From Actinomycetota bacterium (lineage in GTDB: Bacteria > Actinomycetota > Actinomycetes > S36-B12 > UBA5976): 64,000 nucleotides of DNA. Below the pieces are notes generated by a model. The model was not told the DNA's origin. It saw only the letters and a program-made list of their open reading frames with translations, and made no database searches. The stretch spans positions 392,747 to 456,746 of the forward strand of contig WLPX01000001.1 in assembly GCA_009698575.1 (NCBI GenBank). The letters run 5' to 3'. Of the stretch, positions 44,696-54,109 are shown piece by piece. The translations under genes and the position numbers were made by a program. Position 1 is the first letter of the stretch, and each line of letters starts with the position of its first letter.

Positions 44696-45316
44696 TTAGC
44701 CCGGAATTACGGGCTGCAACCCCTCAGCTAATTTAAGTGCATCAAGATCGCCACAGCGCACCAGCCACTCGGCCAACATTTTATGTCCACCTTCCGTTAG
44801 AACGGATTCTGGATGGAATTGCACACCTTCAATATCTAGATTGCGGTGCCGCAGCGACATAACTACACCACCCTCGGTTTCACTCGTTACTTCAAGTTCA
44901 GCCGGCACAGTGTCCCGCTCTACAGCTAATGAGTGATAACGCGTTGCCAAGAAGGGCGATGGCAATTTTGCTAAGACACCTTGATTGTGATGGAAGATCT
45001 GGGAAGTTTTACCGTGTAAAAGTTCAGGCGCACGGGAAACGGTAGCGCCAAAAGCTTCAGCTATTGCTTGATGTCCAAGGCAAACTCCAAAGATAGGAAC
45101 AATCCCGCCCAGTTCCTTGACAATATCGATACAAACTCCGGCATCAGTCGGTGTACCAGGCCCTGGTGATAACAAAACACCATCGTAGGAACGTGCTTGC
45201 TCGACAGTGACCTCGTCGTTTCGTTTCACGTCAACTTTGGCACCAAGTTGGGCCAAGTACTGAACAATATTGAAAACAAAACTGTCGTAGTTATCAATAA
45301 CAAGAATTCGCGTCAC
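44696..45316 (-). CDS. glutamine amidotransferase component II of anthranilate/aminodeoxychorismate synthase
   Basis: 206 aa. Starts MTRILVIDNYDSFVFNIVQYL, with the catalytic GVCLGHQ and HPES. Positional equivalent of Rv0013 (trpG/pabA). Confidence 0.92.
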   Translation of the reverse strand: MTRILVIDNYDSFVFNIVQYLAQLGAKVDVKRNDEVTVEQARSYDGVLLSPGPGTPTDAGVCIDIVKELGGIVPIFGVCLGHQAIAEAFGATVSRAPELLHGKTSQIFHHNQGVLAKLPSPFLATRYHSLAVERDTVPAELEVTSETEGGVVMSLRHRNLDIEGVQFHPESVLTEGGHKMLAEWLVRCGDLDALKLAEGLQPVIPG

Positions 45317-45346
45317 AGCAGTAAGTCTAGATCAATCAGGCAGTGG

Positions 45347-47050
45347 TCATGCTGGTGGCGGTTCTACTACTACAGGCAATTTAGCAACCTTGATCGTAAT
45401 TATTGTGCCCTTCAAAGTGACGGATTTAGCTTCCGGATTCTGGGCAATCACAGTGTTTTCTGGAACCGTCCCATTTTCTTCAAAGACAACTTCGACTAAG
45501 AAACCTGCATTCAGCAAAGTGTTCTTGGCATCTGTTTGAGTTTTTCCAACCACATTCGGCACCGGAACTTTGCCACTAGAAACCGTGATGCTTACTAAAG
45601 TACCGATGTCCACCGTTGTGTTCGCTGGTGGATCTTGCGCAATCACAGTTCCAGGGGGCTTATCACTATCCTTTGGCGTTACTTTACCGAGCACCAGTCG
45701 GCTTTCGGTCAGCGCTAACCGTGCATCCTCGCTTGATGCCAAATCTAGTAAATCAGGAACACTTGTTTGATCTTTGCCCGCAGAGACAATTATGTTCACC
45801 GCTTGTCCAAGCTCGATCAACTCACCGGCAGCTGGATCTTGTCCAATGATTGTTCCCTTGGGTGCGTTGTCGTCGGCCTGGGGAGTTTGGGTTCCAAGAA
45901 TGAGCCCAATCTCGGTAAGTGAGGAATTCGCTTCATCAACGGTTTTAGCTTTTACATTTGGTACCGCAACAGTTTGTGGCCCTTTATCAAACATGTTAAT
46001 TCCATCGCCAAGCAAAAAAATTAGGGCAGCTGCGAAGACAGTGGCAAAGAAAGTCAAGAACCATTTAGCTTTGCCATTAGATTTCTTAGTCTGAGCAACC
46101 ATGACATTACTGGCCATGTCTGCAACGATAGGCATTGCTGTAGTTGGTTCACTAACTGCAATTGCTTCCGTTACATCATGACGTCGCCCCATTATTGGCA
46201 TACCTGCCATTGCGCGCTCAACGTCAGAACGCATTTCTGCAGCGGTCTGATATCGGCTTGCTGGAGACTTAGCAAGAGCGCTTAATGTAATCGCATCCAG
46301 TGTTGAAGGAATTGACGGGTCAATTGATGAGGGTGACTTCGGTGGTTCATTTACGTGTTGGTAGGCAATAGCAACAGGTGACTCACCATTAAATGGTGGC
46401 GTTCCAGTGAGTAACTCATAAAGCACACATCCGCTTGAATAGATATCACTACGTGCATCAACCAATTCACCGCGGGCCTGTTCTGGCGATAAATACTGAG
46501 CTGTTCCCATGACTGCACTGGTTGCAGTAACAGAGGTAGCAGCGTCACTCATTGCTCTAGCTATTCCAAAGTCCATGACTTTAGCGTCGCCGTGAGCATT
46601 TATCATTATGTTTGCAGGTTTTATGTCGCGGTGCACAATTCCGTGACGATGTGCATAATCTAGTGCGGCGAGTACTCCAGCAATTACTTCAAGCGCACGC
46701 TCTGGCAAAATTCGCGGACCATTGTTTAGCATTTGGCGCAACGTAACGCCGTCTACAAATTCCATAACTATGTAAGGCACACTTACTTGACTTGCACCTT
46801 CACCAATCAAATCCTCACCGGTGTCATAAATTGCGACAATATTCGGGTGATTTAGTCCAGCTGCTGACTGAGCTTCTCGACGAAAGCGCTCCTGAAACAT
46901 CGGGTCGCGCGCTAGATCAGGTCGAAGAACCTTAATTGCAACGCGACGGTTTAGCCGTCGATCCGTGCCTTCATATACTTCGGCCATGCCGCCGCGACCA
47001 ATAACTTGACCGACGTCATATCTATCACCAAGCTGGGTGAAGGTGCTCAC
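45347..47050 (-). CDS. pknB: Ser/Thr protein kinase PknB with three extracellular PASTA repeats
   Basis: 567 aa. Kinase motifs GRGGMAEV, VAIKVL, HRDIKPAN, DFGIA and SPEQ, then a TM helix (WFLTFFATVFAAALIFLLG) and three PASTA units (VPNVKAKTVDEA.., VPDLLDLASSED.., VPNVVGKTQTDA..). Confidence 0.95.
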   Translation of the reverse strand: MSTFTQLGDRYDVGQVIGRGGMAEVYEGTDRRLNRRVAIKVLRPDLARDPMFQERFRREAQSAAGLNHPNIVAIYDTGEDLIGEGASQVSVPYIVMEFVDGVTLRQMLNNGPRILPERALEVIAGVLAALDYAHRHGIVHRDIKPANIMINAHGDAKVMDFGIARAMSDAATSVTATSAVMGTAQYLSPEQARGELVDARSDIYSSGCVLYELLTGTPPFNGESPVAIAYQHVNEPPKSPSSIDPSIPSTLDAITLSALAKSPASRYQTAAEMRSDVERAMAGMPIMGRRHDVTEAIAVSEPTTAMPIVADMASNVMVAQTKKSNGKAKWFLTFFATVFAAALIFLLGDGINMFDKGPQTVAVPNVKAKTVDEANSSLTEIGLILGTQTPQADDNAPKGTIIGQDPAAGELIELGQAVNIIVSAGKDQTSVPDLLDLASSEDARLALTESRLVLGKVTPKDSDKPPGTVIAQDPPANTTVDIGTLVSITVSSGKVPVPNVVGKTQTDAKNTLLNAGFLVEVVFEENGTVPENTVIAQNPEAKSVTLKGTIITIKVAKLPVVVEPPPA

Positions 47051-47102
47051 TTAAGTACTCCTATGTTTTGTGTAACCCGAAAGTCAACACTTCTATTCTT
47101 AC

Positions 47103-48551
47103 TTATCGATCTAGAACTGCTCGCATCACGGCAGCAGCAATTGGTGCGGCCAATGAATTGCCACTGACTTCGGTAGCGCCACCGCCATTTTGCAAGACAA
47201 CAGCAATTGCGATTTTGGGTGATTCTGATGGGGCTAACCCGACAAACCATGCATGAGCTGGCTCACCTGGTGCATTTTCTGCAGTACCGGTCTTGCCACC
47301 CACCGCAATCCCGGAGATTCTGGCTTTTGAGGCAGTGCCGTTAGCAACAACACCAACCATCATGTCGCGCAAGATTTTTGAATTCTCTACAGACATGGCA
47401 CGCCCGAAAGCCGAAGGGTTAGTATTTTGCAACACAGTTAAATCTGGCCCGAGTATTTGGCTTACTAAATATGGCTTCATCACAACGCCATCATTTGCAA
47501 TGCCAGCTGCAACTAGGGCCATTTGTAATGCGGTAGCCCGAACATCGAATTGACCGATTGCGCTCATTGCAGTCTGAGGCTTATTTGGGTCAACTGGAAA
47601 CCTACTAACGGCTGCGGTCATTGGAACGGCAAATTCTGATTCGAAGCCAAACTTCTTTGCCTGTTCGCTGATCGCATCAGCACCAAGTTCCATCCCAAGC
47701 CAAGCAAATGCAGTATTACAAGAGATTTCTAATGCGCGCTGCAGCGTAGTGACATCACCAGGTCCACATGCCTTGTCATTCCAGTTACCGAGCTGAACAT
47801 CGGTGCCAGGCAAATTGATTTGATTTGGACCGGGCAGCTCAGAATTTGCGGAGTACTTGCCAGACTCAAGCGCAGCAGCAGCTGTGACCAATTTGAAGGT
47901 AGAACCAGGCGGCAAAGTCATGGCCAGTGGTCGATTAAGAAGTGGTTGATCAGGATCTGCGTTCAATTCGTCATAGTTAGTTTGGATATCAGAGGCGTTA
48001 TGACTTGACAATAGATTTGGATCAAAGGATGGTGAGCTCGCTAATGCCAAAATTGCTCCGGTACTTGGATCGATTGCAACGACTGCGCCCGTTCTACCAT
48101 TTAGGGCTTTCATCGCAGCAGCCTGTGCTGCTGGATCAATCGTTAGTCGAATTGCCCCACCTTTAGGCTCCCGATTTGCAAACATTTGTTGCAGTCGATC
48201 TACAAAGAAGCGACTGTCGTTTCCAGCCAACACATCATTTTCAGCAGACTCGATGCCAGTTGCGCCATAAACCAATGAGTAGAAACCGGTTACCGAGGCC
48301 AGAGTTTCAGCATCTGGATATTCACGTAGATATTTAAGAGCATCATCGGTTGATGTCGACTCGGCAATTGCCTGTGAGCCCAGCAAAATTGGTCCGCGCT
48401 CCCGAGAATACTCAGTCAACATAACTCGTTGATTGCCCGCTTGACCGCGCAAATCTCGTGCCTCAAATACCTGAATGTAGGAGATGTTAATAATCAATGC
48501 CAGAAGTAGGAAAACAATTACTGCAGTCACGCGATTAATTTGGCGAATCAT
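47103..48551 (-). CDS. pbpA: class B penicillin-binding protein PbpA
   Basis: 482 aa with an N-terminal TM helix and transpeptidase motifs STFK (GSTFKL), SCN and KTGTA. Lies in the rodA-pbpA-pknB order. Confidence 0.92.
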   Translation of the reverse strand: MIRQINRVTAVIVFLLLALIINISYIQVFEARDLRGQAGNQRVMLTEYSRERGPILLGSQAIAESTSTDDALKYLREYPDAETLASVTGFYSLVYGATGIESAENDVLAGNDSRFFVDRLQQMFANREPKGGAIRLTIDPAAQAAAMKALNGRTGAVVAIDPSTGAILALASSPSFDPNLLSSHNASDIQTNYDELNADPDQPLLNRPLAMTLPPGSTFKLVTAAAALESGKYSANSELPGPNQINLPGTDVQLGNWNDKACGPGDVTTLQRALEISCNTAFAWLGMELGADAISEQAKKFGFESEFAVPMTAAVSRFPVDPNKPQTAMSAIGQFDVRATALQMALVAAGIANDGVVMKPYLVSQILGPDLTVLQNTNPSAFGRAMSVENSKILRDMMVGVVANGTASKARISGIAVGGKTGTAENAPGEPAHAWFVGLAPSESPKIAIAVVLQNGGGATEVSGNSLAAPIAAAVMRAVLDR

Positions 48552-49933
48552 TGCGATGCCGCCTCTTGACGCATTACTAATTGTGCGTCAGTAATTTCTG
48601 GTGCTCGTGCAGCATTCGATATGCGAATCAAAATCGCAATAATTATGTAGTTTGCAACTAGCGACGAACCGCCGTAAGAAAGAAATGGCGTTGTAAGACC
48701 AGTAAGCGGAACTAGCCGAGTTACGCCCCCAACCACAATGAAGGTCTGGATCCCAATGGCAGTGGTTAAGCCAATGGCCAATAAATTGCCAAACGGATCT
48801 CTGGTTGCAATTGCAGCGCGAGCTCCACGCTCAACAACAATTGCAAATAATAGCAAAATGGCAATTAGTCCCATCAAGCCAAGTTCTTCACCAAGCGCTG
48901 AGGTTATGAAGTCAGTCTTAGAAAACGGGACAAGTTGTGGATAGCCCTGGCCCCAGCCAGTTCCAAAAATCCCGCCATTTGCCAAACCATAAAGGGATTG
49001 CACGATTTGAAAACCATTCCCAGTTGGATCATCAAATGGATGCAACCAAACGTTGAATCGGATCTGCACATGTCCAAAGGCTTGGTACGCCAAAGCGCCT
49101 CCGACAGTCAGTAAAAGTCCACCAATAATTACCCATGATCGACGTCCAGTTGCAACATAAAGCATCACAATGAATAAACCAAACAGCAATAACGAAGTTC
49201 CCAGGTCACGCTCCAAAATTAAAACGAGCAAGGCAGCTAGCCACACCAAAAGTAAAGGACCAACATCTTTTGCTCGAGGAACCCCTAGCCCAAATATTTT
49301 TCTGTGTACAAGAGCTAAAGAGTGGCGCCTAGTTACTAAGAAACCTGCGAAGAAGATAGTGAGTGCAACTTTTGCAAGTTCTCCTGGTTGGAACGTAAAT
49401 CCAAGAAAGCTAATCCACAACCGAGCGCCATTAACTTCATTCCCAATTACAGGAAGTAACGGTAAGAATAAAAGCGCTATTCCTGCAAAACCTGCTGTGA
49501 ATGTAAATCGTTGCAAGCGTCTATGATCGCTGACAAAAGAAAGCACCAACATGAATGCTACAAGTCCAACTAACATCCATGTAAGTTGTAAATACACATC
49601 TGGAGTTGGTTGCGGACTTCCGTTGCTTGCTGCCCGCTGAGCATCAGCTGCATCAAGACGATGAATCATTGCGAGCCCTAACATGTTTAGCGCGGCTACA
49701 CTCGGCAACAAAAGTGGGTCTGCGTACGGTGCCTGCCATCTCACGACACCATGGGCAATCAAAAGCAACATCCCAGCGCTTATAAGTGAAGTCCAACCAC
49801 CAAGAGAACCATCACCAGTATTGGCATCAACCAAAATCCAAGCGAAAACACCAATCAACCAGGCACCAACTAAAAGCGCTAGCTCAGCCGATCGCCGGGT
49901 CGAGACGCGGTAGCGACTCAGAGTCTGACTCAC
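48548..49933 (-). CDS. rodA: SEDS-family peptidoglycan polymerase RodA/FtsW
   Basis: 461 aa, about 10 TM helices, with FQPGELAK and TDFI motifs. It overlaps both neighbours by 4 nt. Confidence 0.92.
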   Translation of the reverse strand: MSQTLSRYRVSTRRSAELALLVGAWLIGVFAWILVDANTGDGSLGGWTSLISAGMLLLIAHGVVRWQAPYADPLLLPSVAALNMLGLAMIHRLDAADAQRAASNGSPQPTPDVYLQLTWMLVGLVAFMLVLSFVSDHRRLQRFTFTAGFAGIALLFLPLLPVIGNEVNGARLWISFLGFTFQPGELAKVALTIFFAGFLVTRRHSLALVHRKIFGLGVPRAKDVGPLLLVWLAALLVLILERDLGTSLLLFGLFIVMLYVATGRRSWVIIGGLLLTVGGALAYQAFGHVQIRFNVWLHPFDDPTGNGFQIVQSLYGLANGGIFGTGWGQGYPQLVPFSKTDFITSALGEELGLMGLIAILLLFAIVVERGARAAIATRDPFGNLLAIGLTTAIGIQTFIVVGGVTRLVPLTGLTTPFLSYGGSSLVANYIIIAILIRISNAARAPEITDAQLVMRQEAASQ

Positions 49934-51126
49934 GGATTAATCACCGGACAACCAGGTGACTCTGGATTTTGCCGACAAATTTCAGCACTATTTTGCAGTC
50001 TGACGATTGTTGCTTGGGCATCTTCGCGGCTCGCGGCCTCGAAAGTTTTGAAAACCTGATCACGTTCAAATTCCGGCAATTGATCTACCGAAAGTGCAGA
50101 AACTTCTACTAAGCGCGATAGTCCACCCGCCGGTACTCCTTGGAAAATTGCAACAACTTTTCCTTGTTCATATACACCGACGAACCATTGATTGGCCAGC
50201 CACCAAATTGCAGCCGCGATCGAGATTCCGATAACTGCCAAAGTAGTAAGTACTGGGCCAGCCCAAGCTTTTGTGACCACAAAAAGCTCACGGTCACTAA
50301 ACGATAAAGTCGTTTCGCCTTCCTCAGGAAAGTCAATTGCTGGCAAGCGAGATTGATTCGCAGTATCAGCTGCCGATCCAATGAGTACCGGGTCAATCTC
50401 GATACTGTCGCTGACTACATCAGCAACGACAACCGTGATATTGTCGGGGGCACCTGCTGTCATAGCCGCATCAATTAAAAGTGTCACAGCCTGAGTTAAG
50501 TCTGTCGCAGCTAGACATTCAGCAATAGTTGTTGAATCGATAACACCACATAAACCATCACTACACAGTAAGTAACGATCTCCTTCCCGTGTCTCGCGAA
50601 CAGATAGGTCAACCTCAACGGCATGGATTCCATCGATAGCGCGCATCATCAAATTGCGCCGAGGGTGGACGGCCGCCTCTTCCAAAGTGATTTCGCCAGC
50701 ATCAACCAAACCTTGTACAAAAGTATGGTCTTTAGTCATTTGTTGTAACTCACTGTCACGGTAAACATAGGCGCGCGAGTCACCGACATGTGCCATAGCT
50801 ATTCGATCTTCACGTAAAGCGATTGCAGTCATAGTTGTTCCCATGCCCGCTAAATCGCGATTAGCCGCAACAACGTCTGCGATATATTCACCAGACGTAA
50901 TAACTGCGTCAGCTAACTGCCCTAGAACCTCATCTGCACCTGACTGGGTAGCGGCAGCTACCACTGCGGCCACGGTTGCCGCGCTGGCTAATTCGCCCGC
51001 CTCGTGTCCGCCCATTCCGTCAGCAACAACTAATAAGTCAACTGCTGCAAATCCCGCATCTTCGTTATTGCGTCGAACCCTTCCTATTTCGGAGCGCGCT
51101 GCAAAGCGAAGACTTAAACCACTCAT
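49930..51126 (-). CDS. pstP: PP2C-family Ser/Thr phosphatase PstP with C-terminal TM and extracellular tail
   Basis: I chose the start at M31 of the track ORF (MSGLSLRFAARSEIGRVRRNNEDAGF), which gives an ATGA overlap with the fhaB stop. Motifs: ADGMGGH, GDSRAY, CSDGL. TM helix PVLTTLAVIGISIAAAIWWL. Confidence 0.92.
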   Translation of the reverse strand: MSGLSLRFAARSEIGRVRRNNEDAGFAAVDLLVVADGMGGHEAGELASAATVAAVVAAATQSGADEVLGQLADAVITSGEYIADVVAANRDLAGMGTTMTAIALREDRIAMAHVGDSRAYVYRDSELQQMTKDHTFVQGLVDAGEITLEEAAVHPRRNLMMRAIDGIHAVEVDLSVRETREGDRYLLCSDGLCGVIDSTTIAECLAATDLTQAVTLLIDAAMTAGAPDNITVVVADVVSDSIEIDPVLIGSAADTANQSRLPAIDFPEEGETTLSFSDRELFVVTKAWAGPVLTTLAVIGISIAAAIWWLANQWFVGVYEQGKVVAIFQGVPAGGLSRLVEVSALSVDQLPEFERDQVFKTFEAASREDAQATIVRLQNSAEICRQNPESPGCPVINP

Positions 51127-51593
51127 GTGTTCAATTCCATACTGGTGCGCCCAATTCGCAATTGCGTTCCTGGCCGAAGAACCGTTGGTGCTGAAACTCG
51201 AGTCCGATCTATCCAAGTGCCGTTAGTTGAGCCCAAATCTTCAACGATCCAATGATTTCCGTTTGGAGTGAGGCGGGCATGATGCGTGCTAACAAAATCG
51301 TCATCAAGAACTACGGTGGCATCAGGAGCCCGCCCGATAATGATTGGTACGGAACCGAGTGGAATCACAGTTCCAGTTAGCGCTCCTTCGACGATCACCA
51401 ATTTTGTAGCAGTTTTTCGAGAACGCAAAGTTGGACGAGGACTTGGTCGCTTACTGGTGCGGGCTGGAGTAAGTGGTTTTGCATCTCGTGGTGCTTGCAA
51501 GTCACGCCGTAAAACGGAAACCACAGTAAGAACAAACCACCAGAGAGCGATTAGGAAACCAATTCGCAAGATGCTTAGTAGTAACTCAGACAT
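51123..51593 (-). CDS. fhaB: FHA-domain protein FhaB/FipA (N-terminal TM helix)
   Basis: 156 aa. TM helix LLLSILRIGFLIALWWFVLTVV and an FHA core IIGRAPDATVVLDDDFVSTHHARL...DLGSTNGTWID. Confidence 0.9.
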   Translation of the reverse strand: MSELLLSILRIGFLIALWWFVLTVVSVLRRDLQAPRDAKPLTPARTSKRPSPRPTLRSRKTATKLVIVEGALTGTVIPLGSVPIIIGRAPDATVVLDDDFVSTHHARLTPNGNHWIVEDLGSTNGTWIDRTRVSAPTVLRPGTQLRIGRTSMELNT

Positions 51594-51600
51594 GAGGAGA

Positions 51601-52323
51601 TCACCGACTCTTATAAGTAAGAGTTATATTTCCAATTTTTATAATTGAACCATCACGTAAAATCATTTCAGTAGCACGAGTTCCGTCCACCATAGTTCCG
51701 TTGGTGGATCCTAAATCGCGAATTAGAATTTCCGAACCTAACACGATTGCGCAATGCAAACGACTTACACTGGTGTCATCAATTTGCACATCTGCATCTT
51801 CGCCTCTGCCGATGTTTGTTACTGACTTAGTGATCTTAAATTCCTCACCGGTTATGGAAACAAGGTACGGTGTTGCTTCTGGAGCAAATGTCCCCATTGG
51901 TACTTGCCGAGGTAAGTCAAGGTTTATTGCTGAAGCTCTTGTGGCTTCCGGCGATCGTTGTGCAGCAGTGCTTCGAATGCGAAAAACTCCGGTTTCAAGA
52001 GTTGAATCGTGATCGAAAGAAACCTGCGATGAATCAATTGTCGTATAGCGTTGTTCGCTTCCGTAGGCATCAGCCAATGCGCTTAATTCGGCGCTTAAAG
52101 TTTCAAAGTATGGTGATAACCGTTCTTGATCGATATCGCTAAGTTCGATGATGAATATGTTGGGAACAACAGTTTGGCCTGTTATGGTCTCAGCTCGGTT
52201 ATCGATTTCTTGTTGCAGTGCGGCGCCTAGTTCAACGGGCTGCACCTCGGACTTAAAGGCCTTTGAAAATGAGCCATTCACAATTCGGTCTAGGCGCTGT
52301 TCCAGGTTGTCGAGTAAGCCCAT
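51601..52323 (-). CDS. fhaA: FHA-domain protein FhaA (DUF3662 N-terminal domain + C-terminal FHA), short-linker form
   Basis: 240 aa. N-terminal MGLLDNLEQRLDRIVNGSFSKAFKSEVQPVELGAALQQEID, and C-terminal NIGRGEDADVQIDDTSVSRLHCAIV...DLGSTNGTMVDG. Confidence 0.9.
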   Translation of the reverse strand: MGLLDNLEQRLDRIVNGSFSKAFKSEVQPVELGAALQQEIDNRAETITGQTVVPNIFIIELSDIDQERLSPYFETLSAELSALADAYGSEQRYTTIDSSQVSFDHDSTLETGVFRIRSTAAQRSPEATRASAINLDLPRQVPMGTFAPEATPYLVSITGEEFKITKSVTNIGRGEDADVQIDDTSVSRLHCAIVLGSEILIRDLGSTNGTMVDGTRATEMILRDGSIIKIGNITLTYKSR

Positions 52324-52614
52324 AATGACTCCTTGGTTTGACGCGAAATGCGATAAATCTCAATCTTTTTGCTTTGCCTAATTCTACTTGGCAACGGTAA
52401 ACGCCCCGCAATTTAAGGATTTATCACTGATTGATAAAGCAAGTTAGAGTTTGGTTTCTAGCCTGATTGTCGAAGCTGGCAAATCGGCTTGCTACAACTG
52501 CCAGGACCTGCGCGGGGCTAGGGATTCAATCCCCTTCTGGTGCACCGATATGCAGCAAAAACCCATTAAAACCTGCATGTTTCAAGGTGCTAATACTGGC
52601 TTAAGGTAGAGACC

Positions 52615-53796
52615 ATGGGAAAAAATCAGGAAAACCGCGGTAAGCGGCGCGCACCCAAGCCTCCTGATCACTCAATCTTTACGGACTTTCGGCAAAGTAA
52701 ATTTATGGCAATTCCAATTTTTATTGTCATCGCAGCCCTGATCGCAGTTCCTGCCGCTTCCAACTGGGTCCCGCAAAGCAGTGTCACCGTTCCAACTATT
52801 AGCCCGGCACCAACTTTGGTTGTACCTGAACCTTCTATTGCTCCAAGTGCGTTGCCAATACCCACTTTAACTTTTGCCACTTTCAACATTGCGAAGCCAA
52901 ATAACACCAGCGTGCCCGCTTGGAAGAAACGTCGGGAAGCGATTGGGCGGACCATAAATGAATCCAACTCAGACGTGATTGGCCTTCAGGAAGCTACGGC
53001 GCGAAGAGTAGTTGGTGAAGGCGGAAAAGGAATGACGCATTGGCAGGATGTGCAGGCGATGGCGAAAGCTGGCGGTTACGTATCGACGAATCCCGAAGTA
53101 AACGCTTGCTCTTCAGGCAGTTGCATTCATTCAGCACACATTCTGTTTAAGGCTGACAAAGTGAAGCAAGTTGACTTGCCTGGAGAAATTCCTTCAGCTG
53201 GTCAGGGTCGCTTAACAGACATTGTTGATGGTTTGAAATACGCAAAGAAACGTGAATTTAGTTGGGCTTATCTAGAGGGACTCAATGGCACCGGATCTTT
53301 TTTGGCTATCAGCGTCCATTTAAATAATGAAAAGAATGCCCGAGGAAAGAAAGATCGCGAATTGGTGGGGAAAGCGATTACAGCTTGGGCCGAGAAATTG
53401 AATAAATCCAGCGGCATGGAGGGTGTGCCGATGATTCTGATGGGTGACTTCAACTCCTACGACAACCGCGAACCAAAAGGAATGCTTTACGAACTCGCCG
53501 CAGATGGCTGGCTAGATTCATTTGAAGCACCAACCAACGAATTTAAGTTTTTTGGAGACGCTTACACAACGTCGTACACCAAAGGTAATCGTTCAGGTTG
53601 GCCAAAACGACCAATCACCTCAAGTGATCCAGTTCGAATTGACTACATAATGTATCGCGGCGAATTCTTGCATGCAGATGCTTATCAAGTTGCACTTCGA
53701 TTAAATGATGACGGCACATTTGATAACAACTATCGTGGATCAGATCACATGATGGTGCAATCGATTATTAGATTCGATTCACCTGCTGCGCCTTAA
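52615..53796 (+). CDS. membrane-anchored endonuclease/exonuclease/phosphatase (EEP) family hydrolase
   Basis: 393 aa. TM helix AIPIFIVIAALIAVPAA, a Pro-rich linker, and a complete set of EEP catalytic motifs: TFNI, GLQE, GDFNS, SDH. An internal start at M31 is possible. Confidence 0.8.
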   Translation: MGKNQENRGKRRAPKPPDHSIFTDFRQSKFMAIPIFIVIAALIAVPAASNWVPQSSVTVPTISPAPTLVVPEPSIAPSALPIPTLTFATFNIAKPNNTSVPAWKKRREAIGRTINESNSDVIGLQEATARRVVGEGGKGMTHWQDVQAMAKAGGYVSTNPEVNACSSGSCIHSAHILFKADKVKQVDLPGEIPSAGQGRLTDIVDGLKYAKKREFSWAYLEGLNGTGSFLAISVHLNNEKNARGKKDRELVGKAITAWAEKLNKSSGMEGVPMILMGDFNSYDNREPKGMLYELAADGWLDSFEAPTNEFKFFGDAYTTSYTKGNRSGWPKRPITSSDPVRIDYIMYRGEFLHADAYQVALRLNDDGTFDNNYRGSDHMMVQSIIRFDSPAAP

Positions 53797-54089
53797 GCTG
53801 CGAAAGCCACCACAAGTAACGCCGCGACTGCCAGGGCAACAACTGCAATTCCGAACTTGGATGTTAATCGCTTTGCTACAGCTGGGACGAAAGTTCCCGC
53901 AATCAGTAGCAAGCCAAAAATCCAGATAGGAGCACCTTTTTCAAAGGAGTTTTGATAGCGCCAGTTGATTAGCCCGATAGCAATTAGCAGATATCCCGCC
54001 CATCGCATGTTCATGATGATGGTTTCCATATAGTCACCGTATCGGGCTAACTCAGTTTCGGCCCTATTTAGCGGTTGCTTGGTTTGCAT
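53793..54089 (-). CDS. small hypothetical membrane protein
   Basis: 98-aa ORF with 2-3 hydrophobic helices (WAGYLLIAIGLI, IWIFGLLLIAGTFV, IAVVALAVAALLVVAFAA). There is no clear SD at the 54089 start, so internal starts (MET.., MNM..) are plausible. Confidence 0.5.
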   Translation of the reverse strand: MQTKQPLNRAETELARYGDYMETIIMNMRWAGYLLIAIGLINWRYQNSFEKGAPIWIFGLLLIAGTFVPAVAKRLTSKFGIAVVALAVAALLVVAFAA

Positions 54090-54109
54090 TTGCAGAGGAT
54101 TATGGAGTC

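Noticed and set aside
45222-45237. parS-like sequence CGTTTCACGTCAACTT inside the pabA/trpG gene
   Set aside because: Only about 11/16 positions match, and the right half-site is lost. It is probably a chance half-site.
51127-51216. 30-codon N-terminal extension of pstP (and the similar 25-codon extension of the SpoIIE phosphatase at 2470-2544)
   Set aside because: Both extensions overlap the upstream genes by about 65-95 nt. Internal Mets give the canonical N-termini and 4-nt or short-gap couplings.
52514-52548. tRNA-like T-arm/acceptor sequence (GGGGCTAGGGATTCAATCCCCTTCTGGTGCACC), where tRNA-Leu is expected by synteny
   Set aside because: I could not build a cloverleaf. No complementary 5' acceptor strand (GCACCAG) exists upstream. 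The T-stem would have an A:C mismatch at 53:61, and the candidate anticodon hairpin has a 17-nt loop. I report it only as part of a structured spacer.
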